Assembly: GCA_040080915.1 (NCBI GenBank)
Contig: JBEBHD010000001.1
Span: 83-64,082, forward strand
From: Saprospiraceae bacterium
GTDB taxonomy: Bacteria > Bacteroidota > Bacteroidia > Chitinophagales > Saprospiraceae
Direction: 5' to 3'
DNA: 64,000 nt
Of this stretch, positions 1 to 9,000 are shown in pieces. The notes under the pieces were generated by a model. That model was not told where the DNA came from and made no database searches. It saw nothing but the letters and a program-made list of their open reading frames with translations. Position 1 is the stretch's first letter. Each line of letters begins with the position of its first letter. The translations under genes were made by a program, and so were the position numbers.

Positions 1-129
1 TGTGAATCTGTGTGAACCTGTGTGAACCTGTGTGAATCTGTGTGAACCTGTGTGAATCTGTGTGAATCTGTGTGAATCTGTGGTGAAAAACTGTGGTGAA
101 AACCTGTGGTGAAAACCTGTGGTGACAAT
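1..129. repeat. Tandem array cut by the window edge: 8 x 10-bp unit TGTGAAYCTG, then about 4 x 13-bp unit CTGTGGTGAAAAC
   Basis: Read directly. Positions 1-80 are eight head-to-tail 10-mers differing only at the Y position. Positions 78-129 are 13-mer copies. There are no spacers between units. Confidence 0.9.
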
Positions 130-276
130 TACTCGCCTCAGGAGAGGCAAAACAGTTACGTGCGAGGTATAAAAACACGCGGTTCATGTTCCCATCTTGC
201 TGGGCGGGAATATGAACCAAACACGCCGGTTGGCGCAATCGGTTTTTGCCGTACTTTTGCAAAAAATTTCACCAAG

Positions 277-755
277 ATGGACACGCTTTTCGCAACCACC
301 CGATCTGATTACGAAATCGAACGCGGAAAACCTATGCCCAGCTTCAACCACGGTACTATTCAAGCCAACTTGCTCGTAGCGCTGATTAACCGCTTCCGCG
401 TAAAATTTCGCTTCACCTCCGAAACCAGCCTCGATCTGGCAGGCTGGCCCAGCACGCCGACATTTTGATCTTTCCGCCCATTGCCCTCAATTTGAAGGCC
501 GACAAGATCAAGGTCAAGGAGCCGCCGTTGGGCGTGATCGAAATACTGTATCCCACGCAAAACCTCAACGACCTCGTGGACAAAGCCGACCAGTACTTCG
601 CCCATGGGGTCAAATCGTGCTGGATCATTATCCCCAGTTTGGGTGGCGTGGCCATCTATTCCGAGCCGGGCAAGTACGCATTTTACAATGAGGACGACAC
701 TGCCCTGGATACCGTGCTGGGCCTTGAAGTGCCCGTTGCCGAAATTTTTCAATAA
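277..755 (+). pseudogene. Uma2-family (DUF820, PD-(D/E)xK) endonuclease, split by a 1-nt frameshift near 458-468
   Basis: The N-terminal half (ATG 277 to stop 468, MDTLFATTRSDYEIERGKPMPSFNHGTIQANL...) and the C-terminal half (frame of 465-755, ...DILIFPPIALNLKADKIKVKEPPLGVIEILYPTQ...DKADQYFAHGVKSCWIIIP) together resemble the intact Uma2 paralog at 10403-11020. The two frames join at ..STP/DILIF.. if one base is restored. Confidence 0.65.
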
Positions 756-757
756 AC

Positions 758-1735
758 ATGCACAACCGCTACGCCCAAATGCCCTACCGCCGCTGCGGCC
801 GTAGCGGCCTGTTTTTGCCCGCCGTGTCGCTGGGTTTGTGGCACAATTTCGGCCACGTGGACGTGCAATCCAACTGCCGGGCCATCCTGCGCCTCGCCTT
901 CGATTCCGGCATCACCCACTTCGACCTGGCCAACAATTACGGCCCGCCGCCCGGCTCGGCAGAGGAAAACTTCGGGCGGCTGTTGCGCAGCGACTTTCGC
1001 GATCACCGCGATGAAATGATCATTTCCACCAAAGCAGGGTACCGGATGTGGGACGGCCCCTACGGCGAGTGGGGTTCCAAAAAATACCTCGTGGCCAGCC
1101 TCGACCAAAGCCTGCACCGGATGGGGCTGGACTATGTGGACATTTTTTACAGCCACCGCCCCGACCCGAACACCCCCTTGGAAGAAACCATGAGCGCACT
1201 CGATCTTGTGGTGCGGCAGGGCAAGGCCTTGTACGTGGGTATTTCCAGTTATTCTGCCGAACAGACCGCTGAAGCCTGCCGCATCCTGCGCACCCTCGGC
1301 ACGCCCTGCCTCATCCACCAGCCCAAGTACTCCATGTTCGAGCGCTGGATCGAGGGCGAACTGCTGGAAGTACTGGAAGATGCGGGCATAGGTTGCATCC
1401 CCTTCTCGCCGCTCGCCCAAGGGCTACTCACCGACAAGTACCTGCGCGGTATTCCCGCCGATTCCCGCGCCGCCAAAAAGCACGGTTTTTTGAAAGAAAC
1501 CGACGTGACGGACGAGCGCCTGCGGCAAATCCGAAGCCTGAACACCTTGGCGCAACAACGCGGCCAATCGCTGGCCCAAATGGCACTCGCCTGGGTGTTG
1601 CGCGATACCCGCGTGACTTCCGTGCTGGTGGGTGCCAGCCGACCGGAACAACTGGCAGACTCGCTGGGCTGCCTGAAAAATACCGTTTTTGAAGCGGGCG
1701 AATTGGCAGAGATTGAGGTCGTGCTGGCGACGTGA
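758..1735 (+). CDS. yghZ: Aldo/keto reductase, L-glyceraldehyde-3-phosphate reductase (YghZ/Gpr-like)
   Basis: 325-aa ORF with long stretches matching my recollection of E. coli YghZ: SGLxLPAxSLGLWHNFGH, ITHFDLANNYGPPPGSAEENFGRLL, IISTKAGYxMWxGPYG, DYVDIFYSHR, GKALYVGISSYS, RVTSVLxGASR. Confidence 0.9.
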   Translation: MHNRYAQMPYRRCGRSGLFLPAVSLGLWHNFGHVDVQSNCRAILRLAFDSGITHFDLANNYGPPPGSAEENFGRLLRSDFRDHRDEMIISTKAGYRMWDGPYGEWGSKKYLVASLDQSLHRMGLDYVDIFYSHRPDPNTPLEETMSALDLVVRQGKALYVGISSYSAEQTAEACRILRTLGTPCLIHQPKYSMFERWIEGELLEVLEDAGIGCIPFSPLAQGLLTDKYLRGIPADSRAAKKHGFLKETDVTDERLRQIRSLNTLAQQRGQSLAQMALAWVLRDTRVTSVLVGASRPEQLADSLGCLKNTVFEAGELAEIEVVLAT

Positions 1736-1750
1736 GGTATATCTTCAAAC

Positions 1751-4126
1751 CTAATTTTTCACTACTTTCTCAACCGCACTTTGCCTTCCCTCCGAGTGTA
1801 GCACCACCAGGTATAGGCCTGTAGGCAGTTCTTGCCCGAACCGAACCGTGCCCCGGTCGCTGCCCAAGGGTTGTACCAACATGGTCTGGCCCAGCAAGTT
1901 GCGCACGTCCAACGTGATGTTGTCAGCGCCCGGCCAGTCATAGCGCAGAGCAAAGTCGTCGCTCGACGGGTTGGGGGCGAGTGCGAGCACGGCTGTCGGG
2001 TCCGGTTCCGGAGCGGAAACCACGCCCGGTGTCACCTGGAACACATCCACGCCTGCCTCAACAAGGTGGCCGGGGGTGGTATCCGAGGCTACAAAAATGA
2101 TCTGCATATTGTTGGTCAGCGGAAGGTAGTCTTTCAGGTGAATATCGCCAGAAGACCGCCAAGCACTTCCCGAGGTTTCTTCGGTAAAAATGGTAACGGT
2201 CTGTTGTCCGTTGGTGGCCAGCACCTCGAATTTGTCGTTGGGCGTACCCGTGCCACCGGCGTTGAAAAACCAGTACTCGAATGTCAGTTTGGCATCGGCG
2301 TGGCCAGCCAACCGCATGACCGGGGACGCGAGCGTAACAGTGCCGTTGTCCACATCATCGGCACCGGCCTGGCCGCCGCCGTTGCCAGTGACGTAGCATT
2401 TGTCGCTGTTGTCGAAATTGACATCGTCGCCGGGGTTCGAGATTTGTTGCTGAAAAGTCGTTTGTACAGGATTGCCCCGTTCCCATAAGCCGTCAAGGGC
2501 AGTAGCCGTTTTGATCCAGCCGAGGTCAAGTTCGAAGTCGTCGTAATAGGCCGGATCGAGCGAAATAGTGGCCGGGCCGTCATTCGCCACGTTCAGGTCG
2601 GCTACCCGGTAGCCCCATGCTCCTACGCGGTAGTTGCCGCCAGCGAGGCATTCGAGGTCAAATTGGCCGTTGGCATCGGTCTGAACCTGGTAGTTCTGGA
2701 TCGGGCCGGAGATGGACACGGTCTTGTTTGCCAACACTGCACCCGATAGCTTGTCAACCGCTTTGCCTGTCAAATCAAATGCGGAAATGGGCTGTAGGAT
2801 TACGTTAAGAATGGTCACCTGCCCGGCCACGAGGTTCAGGTTGACAACCCCGTCAATGAATCCGGCTTTGCTGATGATGGCCTGGGCAGTACCCGTTTGG
2901 GCAAGCCCCGTTTTAAATGTGCCGTTGTTTTTGGTCAATTCCCGTGGCGAATAGGCCGTGCCGTTGATCCTGACCTCGGCCCCGGCGAGCGGCTGGCCGT
3001 TGCATCCGTTGAGAATTTGGCCCTCCACGTAACTGGCCCGCTTGTAGGTCGGAGTGAGGATGAAAAGTCGTCCGGTCCCGTTGCCGTTGGTCATGGGGAT
3101 GTTGGTGGCCAGCAGGTTGCCGGAAGGCAGGAACGGGTACACGCCCCAACAGCCGTCGAACGAAGGCCCGGTGCCAGTTGGCCAGGTGTCGTATTGGCCC
3201 ACCATGACCAAGTTTTCGGGGCGGCTTGCGTCCACGATGTTCAGACCGTCGGTGTACCAAGAGGTGACGGCCCAGTCGTTGAGGATGTGGGTGTTGTGGC
3301 CGATGGAGCCGTTGCCGTCATTGGTGGAGAAGCGGTCTAACTCCTTGATGTCGGTGGGGTCGCTCACGTCATAGGCGGTGAGGAAGGACGGCACGCGCTC
3401 GTCGGTGGTGAGCACGGTTTTGCGGTCGCTCAGAATCCAGGAATTGTGCGTGAACCGGGCAGGTGTCTCGACGCTGCCCAGCAAAACAGGATTGGCCTTG
3501 TCGCGCATGTCCACCACAGACATTCGCCCGGCGTTGATGTGGCAGGCGTAGAGCGTGTCGTTGTCCACAAAGCCGTCGTGGATGTAGCCCAACTGGTCAA
3601 ACAGGCCAACATAAGTCGGGTTGTACGGGTCAACATTCAGGTCATGTACGCGGGCGCTGCTGAAGATGCCGCCGTATGTGTACAGGTACCCCGTGGTCAC
3701 GTCAATGTGCAGGGCGTGAATGGCATCCAACTGGTCGAGGATATCGCCGGTGCCTTTGTAGTGGTGGTAGTTCAGATTAGGATTTGGCAGGTTACTCAGG
3801 TCAACGATCTGCACGCCGTCGCCACCCTCGGAGGTGACGTAGGCGTAGTGTTTGTACACTTTTATTTCTTTCCAAAGGTTGTCCGGGCCGGGTATCTGCA
3901 CGATCTGGACGGGGTTTGCCGGGTTGGTGACGTTGACGATGGAAAGGCCCTTGGACGCGCCGACCAGCGCGTATTCCTGCCCGTTTTGGGCGTAGCCGCA
4001 GATGTTGGCGAGGGTTTGGCCGGGATAGTCCAGCGTACCGCGCAGTTGGATATTGAAGTCTTGGGAAAAAAGTGAAGCGGAAGCAAGCACGAAAGCCAGA
4101 GCCGGAAGGAAGGATTGTTGTTTCAT
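1751..4126 (-). CDS. Secreted LVIVD-repeat / choice-of-anchor-B-like beta-propeller protein with Ig-like/carboxypeptidase-regulatory-like middle region and T9SS type-A C-terminal sorting domain
   Basis: Start chosen at MKQQSFLPALAFVLASASLFSQ (signal peptide, ATG complement ending at 4126). The longer ORF to 4408 overlaps the neighbouring gene. Propeller-like repeats (LSIVNVTNP, VQIVDLSNL, MSVVDMRD, LNIVDASRP). C-terminus LAPNPSSDDFALRY...GLYLVVLHSEGRQSAVEKVVKN resembles a Por secretion tail. Confidence 0.7.
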   Translation of the reverse strand: MKQQSFLPALAFVLASASLFSQDFNIQLRGTLDYPGQTLANICGYAQNGQEYALVGASKGLSIVNVTNPANPVQIVQIPGPDNLWKEIKVYKHYAYVTSEGGDGVQIVDLSNLPNPNLNYHHYKGTGDILDQLDAIHALHIDVTTGYLYTYGGIFSSARVHDLNVDPYNPTYVGLFDQLGYIHDGFVDNDTLYACHINAGRMSVVDMRDKANPVLLGSVETPARFTHNSWILSDRKTVLTTDERVPSFLTAYDVSDPTDIKELDRFSTNDGNGSIGHNTHILNDWAVTSWYTDGLNIVDASRPENLVMVGQYDTWPTGTGPSFDGCWGVYPFLPSGNLLATNIPMTNGNGTGRLFILTPTYKRASYVEGQILNGCNGQPLAGAEVRINGTAYSPRELTKNNGTFKTGLAQTGTAQAIISKAGFIDGVVNLNLVAGQVTILNVILQPISAFDLTGKAVDKLSGAVLANKTVSISGPIQNYQVQTDANGQFDLECLAGGNYRVGAWGYRVADLNVANDGPATISLDPAYYDDFELDLGWIKTATALDGLWERGNPVQTTFQQQISNPGDDVNFDNSDKCYVTGNGGGQAGADDVDNGTVTLASPVMRLAGHADAKLTFEYWFFNAGGTGTPNDKFEVLATNGQQTVTIFTEETSGSAWRSSGDIHLKDYLPLTNNMQIIFVASDTTPGHLVEAGVDVFQVTPGVVSAPEPDPTAVLALAPNPSSDDFALRYDWPGADNITLDVRNLLGQTMLVQPLGSDRGTVRFGQELPTGLYLVVLHSEGRQSAVEKVVKN

Positions 4127-4259
4127 GAAATCAAGGTCAGAAAAGTAGTGTGCTGGTGAAAAACGCGGCGAAGGTACACCTGCGCCGTGCGCGAAGAAGC
4201 CCGGGCGCAGCGCAAAACCAATATTGTCGGCTACTGGGCGACAGATGTGGGAGAAAAAG

Positions 4260-5138
4260 TCAGGCGCTCGCCCGTTTGTTGGAAATGTAGGCAAACAGGC
4301 AGGCTGTCCAAAACGAGTACAGGGAATACACCAAGGCGGGTTTGACCATTTCCTGATTGCCGAGCATGACACTGGCGATGAGAAAAGCCAGGGTAGTATT
4401 TTGCACACCGCACTCGATGGCTGCGGTCAGGCGCGAGGGATGTGCCTGGCCCATGTACCGAAGAAAATAGTACCCTGCGAACAAGCAGCAGGCATTTTGA
4501 ATCAGGGCTACCGGGGTGATGATCAAAAAGTCGGACCAGTCCAAACCTGCCCCGCCCTGTTTTTCACCGGCAAACATTTTCACCAAAAAAACTATGGCGA
4601 GCAGCACCAGCATGATGTACTTGGCCGGTTTGCTGATCAGCTGGGCATGGTACGGGAAGTAGTGCCGCATGGCCACGCCAAGCGAGGCCGGTATGACGGT
4701 GATGAAAAAAACCTGCTGCACCGTGTCCCAAAACGGCAGGTGCAGGTCCGTTTCGCGGCCCATGAAAATGCGCAGGGCAAGGTTGACCACCAGCGGGATG
4801 GAAAAAAGTGCGAGGATGCTGTTCACCGACGTGAGCGCCAGGGACAGGGCCACGTTGCCGCGCCAAATGTAGGTCAGATACCCGGAAGTGGCACCGCCCG
4901 GGCTGGCGCTCAGGATCAGGAACCCGACTTTAAGTACCGCAGGCAACGGAGCCACGAGGTTGATCAACAGAGCGATGACCGGTAGCCCCAGCATCTGGAT
5001 TCCCAAGGCTGAAAAAAACGCTTTCGGGTGGCGCACGATCCGGGCAAAGTCGCCAAATGTGAGCGACAATCCGACACCGAACATGATCATGCCGAGTACG
5101 AGACTGACAGCGAGGTCAATAACTTGAGTAGGCGCCAA
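4260..5138 (-). CDS. Bile acid:sodium symporter (BASS/SBF) family transporter
   Basis: 292-aa polytopic membrane ORF with an SBF-like N-terminus (LVLGMIMFGVGLSLTFGDF) and the motif ILSASPGGATSG. Confidence 0.85.
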   Translation of the reverse strand: MAPTQVIDLAVSLVLGMIMFGVGLSLTFGDFARIVRHPKAFFSALGIQMLGLPVIALLINLVAPLPAVLKVGFLILSASPGGATSGYLTYIWRGNVALSLALTSVNSILALFSIPLVVNLALRIFMGRETDLHLPFWDTVQQVFFITVIPASLGVAMRHYFPYHAQLISKPAKYIMLVLLAIVFLVKMFAGEKQGGAGLDWSDFLIITPVALIQNACCLFAGYYFLRYMGQAHPSRLTAAIECGVQNTTLAFLIASVMLGNQEMVKPALVYSLYSFWTACLFAYISNKRASA

Positions 5139-5349
5139 AGCGAGCAGGAGTGTTTAGTGGCGACAAAGGTATTGAACGCAAATCGTGGAAATGCAATACC
5201 AGTACCATTGTTGCAAGATTTATCCGGGTGTTTGGCAGGAATGTCCCAGACCTTGGCACCCGTGTCCGAGCCGTTCGAAAAGCGGTGCCCGCACCTTTGT
5301 GGCATCAAATTTTTCAAACAAACTCGTTCACCATCAAAATTGTCTTGCT

Positions 5350-5841
5350 ATGAAAATGCACTTGAATCTGATCATCGCCGCCTTGTTCACGGTTTTTGCC
5401 ACACGTACCGCCGCTGCGCAAACCTGCACGAAAACAACACCGGAGTCGCTGTCCGCAACTGAAATAAATGCCGCGTACACGCCCGGCGGCCTGCTGCTCA
5501 ATGCCGGTGGAACACGCCGCGTTATCGCCCGCCTCAGTATGGAAGGCACGCACACCATGCGCATGCAGTTGGCCAACTTGCAGGAGTACGCCACTGAAAT
5601 TGCGCTCGTGGCCCCCGACGGCAGCACGCGCTGGGAACAAAAAGTGGCCAATCAACCGGCGTTCGCCAAAATGCTAGACCTGCGGGCGCTGGCTGTAGAA
5701 CCGGGAACCTACGTCCTCCTCATCAAGGCCGGTGTAGCCACCCTTTCGCAAGAATTGATCGCCGGAAACAAAAGTGTTGCTTTCGGCAACTTACACCACT
5801 ATGCCGCCCCGGCCACGCCGGCAACAATGGCCGGAAAATGA
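5350..5841 (+). CDS. Hypothetical secreted protein
   Basis: Start placed at MKMHLNLIIAALFTVFATRTAAAQT (signal peptide). I recognise no family. The upstream part of the 5185 ORF looks non-coding. Confidence 0.45.
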   Translation: MKMHLNLIIAALFTVFATRTAAAQTCTKTTPESLSATEINAAYTPGGLLLNAGGTRRVIARLSMEGTHTMRMQLANLQEYATEIALVAPDGSTRWEQKVANQPAFAKMLDLRALAVEPGTYVLLIKAGVATLSQELIAGNKSVAFGNLHHYAAPATPATMAGK

Positions 5842-5923
5842 CCGGCAGCTCAAAATACTTCATACATTTGGCAGGGCTGGTCGCAACGATCGGCCCTGTT
5901 TGTGTCTCGAATCGCAACAGGTT

Positions 5924-6013
5924 TTCACCACAGATTCACACAGATTCACCACAGATTTTTCTCCTTCTTACTTAGAGCGTGTTTAAATTTCAGTGCGAAT
6001 CTGTGGTAAAAAA
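5924..6013. repeat. Composite intergenic repeat: CACAGATT word cluster, a solo copy of the MITE terminal repeat, and an inverted AATCTGTGG word
   Basis: 5924-5960 is ttcaccacagattcacacagattcaccacagattttt. 5974-5995 is agagcgtgtttaaatttcagtg, one mismatch from the 21-bp terminus of the element at 15830-15990. 5995-6013 is gcgaatctgtggtaaaaaa. Lies 60 bp upstream of the HTCS start at 6073. Confidence 0.8.
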
Positions 6014-6072
6014 TAGTTCGCCGAGGCGTACCCTAAATAGCGACCCTGAACCGCTACTAAAACGAAAAATTC

Positions 6073-9000
6073 ATGCCAGTCCGAATAACACTACTCCCGC
6101 TGCTGCTCGCCCTTGTCGTGTCCGGCCCGGCTCAGAACCTGCGGGACTTCCATCCCCGATTTGAGTCGTTCAGCCTGCCGGGCGAGATTATGGGAAACTA
6201 TGTGCAGTGCATCGCTCAGGACTCTCTCGGTCTTTTGTGGTTTGCCACCCAGGACGGCCTCCAACGTTACGACGGGCGCAGCCTGACCACCGTTTATCAC
6301 GACCCATTGCAGGACAACTCCCTGATCGGCAACTCCGTGCAGTGGATTTGTGTAGGCAATGACGGCATGCTTTGGCTGGCTGACTACGGCAAGGGACTCA
6401 CCCGATACGACCAGTCATCGGGTTTGCATTACCGCTACAAACACGATCCAAATGACCCGAACAGCCTGAGCAGCGACACGGTTTCTATGGTCGTGCAGGA
6501 TCGGGCGGGATTCGTGTGGGTGGGTACGCACCGGGGCCTGAATCGCTTGGACCCCAAGACCGGAAAAGTCAAACGCTTTTTTTCCGACCCCGCCAACCCG
6601 CACAGCCTGAGCGCCAACTTAGTGCGGGCGCTCTATGTGGACCGGCAGGGCACGCTCTGGGTCGGTTGCGGGTTCCCGTGGGACGAAACGGACCCAACCG
6701 GCAAAACCGGCGGCCTGAACCGCTACCACCCCGATTCCGAAACATTTACCCGCTACCTGCACGATCCCGCTGACCCCAACAGCCTCGCCGACAACCGCGT
6801 GCGGGCCTTGTTCGAGGATTCCCGTGGCAATTTTTGGGTGGGAACAATCGGCAGCCACGGCCTGCAGCACCTCGACCGAAAAACGGGCCGGTTCGAGCGG
6901 CTGCCGCCCGCCCCGGACAAACTCGGCACGCCCTTCCTTCGGGACAAGGTATTCGCTCCGCAAACCTTTCAGCAGGTTTTGTCCATACTTGAGGATCGGA
7001 ACGGCTGGCTGTGGATCGGGTCCATGTCGGGTTTGGAGATTTACGACCCGGCCACTGGCATCGTCCGGCATTTTGAAATGAGCAAGCAGCCGGGCAGCAT
7101 TCCCATAAATTTTTTGTGGAACCTCTGCCTCGCCCGAGATGGTACCGTGTGGGCTGGTGGAGGCATCACAGGAGGCATGGCGTTGAAAATTTCCGCCAAA
7201 ACCCAATTGTTCACCTTGCACGAAACGGGCAACCTGTTGGCCTACATTCGAACCGTGCATGAAGATGCCCAAGGCAATATTTGGTTGGGCGGCGATGACC
7301 CAACTCCGAACAGGTTAGTACGAGTTGACCGAAAAACCGGCCAAAAAACACTCGTTGTTTTTGAAAAAGAAGCCCGTACAACCGGTGGTGGCGGTAATAT
7401 TTTCACCATTTGGCCAGACCCGGACGGCGATTTGTGGCTCTGCACCGGAAACGGGCTTTACCGCTTCAATCCCAAAACAAACACCACGGTGCAACGCTAC
7501 CGCCACGACCCGAACGACCCCAACAGCCTGGCGACAAGTTTTGTGACCAATATTCTGAAAGACCGGCGCGGCTACTACTGGGTCACCACTTGGGGCGGCG
7601 GGCTGAATTGCCTCGATCCAAAAACGGGCAAATTCAAACGCTTTTTGCACCACCCGGCGACCCCCCGCAGTATCAGCGGCAACCAAACCATTGGTTTGTA
7701 CCAGGACAACCAAGGCCACATCTGGGTAGGCGGAGGCGTACAGCCGGGTGACGATGTCGCTCTTCAGCCAATGTTTTTGGATCGCCTTGACCCAAATACA
7801 GGGCAATTCACGCACTTTTTTTCCAAGGACGAGCGCGGGTGCGCGGGCACGATCACCGGCGACGGCGAGGGCAATATTTGGGCATTGACCCTGATCCAGG
7901 GGTTGATCAAACTGAACCCCGCCACCGGGCAGATGAAAAAGTACACCTCCGCCAACAGCGGTATCCCGACCAACTACGTGCGCTCCTTGGTCAGGGCCAG
8001 AAACGGCAAAATGTGGATGACCACCGACCACAAGTTGGTTGAGTTTGACCCCAAGAGCGAATTCTTTTACACCTACGACATTTTCCGGGGCATCAAAACC
8101 TGCGAACTGGCTTTCCTGTCCATCCATGTTGCCCAAAATGGCGAGATACTTTTCGGCGGCAATGGCGGATTTATCACGTTTTTTCCCAAAAACACCGCAC
8201 AAGCGGGAATCGGAACCGGTCCTGATATCCAAATCGTCGGCTTCAAATTGGCCAACGAACCGATCCTGCCCGCCCCCGGCTCCATCCTCCAGCAGCCCAT
8301 TTGGGAAACATCCGAAATCCGCCTTGCCCACGACCAAAACGTGTTCGCCTTCAACCTGGCCTGCTTCGACTACCAAAACCCGGAGGGCAACCACATCGAG
8401 TTTATGCTCGAAAACTACGACAAAAACTGGCGAAACGACCTGCGCGACGGGGAAATAGCCTACTTCAATGTGCCGCCGGGCGAATACACGTTCCGGGTGC
8501 GCGGTACTAACGGCCTCGGTATTTGGAACGAAACGGGCACGAGCATCCTGGTTACGGTAAGCCCCCCGTGGTGGCAAACACTCTGGGCTTACCTCGTCTA
8601 TCTCGCTCTGGCAGGCGGTATTGCCTACGGGGTTTACCGTTTTTTGCTCAACCGGCGACTCGCCCGCGCCGAGGCCGAGCGCCTTCTGGAACTTGACACC
8701 GTCAAAACCCGACTGTACACCAACATTACACACGAGTTTCGCACCCCGCTTACCGTCATCTCCGGCATGGCCGACCAAATCCGCGAAAACCCGACGGCAT
8801 GGTTGGACGAGGGCACCAAAATGATCCAGCGAAACAGCAACCGCCTGCTTGATCTGGTCAACCAGATGCTCGACCTCGCCAAATTGGAAGGCGGGAAAAT
8901 GGCCCTGCATATACAGCAGGGCGATGTGGTGGGCTACCTCAAGTATTTGGTGGAAAGTTTTCACTCATTTGCCCAAAGCCGGGGCGTTCAGATACATTTC

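Noticed and set aside
1-129. Possible CRISPR array, given the regular short repeats at the window start
   Set aside because: The units are 10-13 bp and directly abutting, with no spacers. No cas genes are nearby. This is a simple tandem repeat.
7315-8964. 549-aa ORF on the minus strand
   Set aside because: It lies entirely antisense within the well-supported HTCS-1 gene and has low-complexity, Ala/Gly/Val/Arg-rich translation. Long antisense ORFs are expected in GC-rich genes where TTA, CTA and TCA codons are rare.
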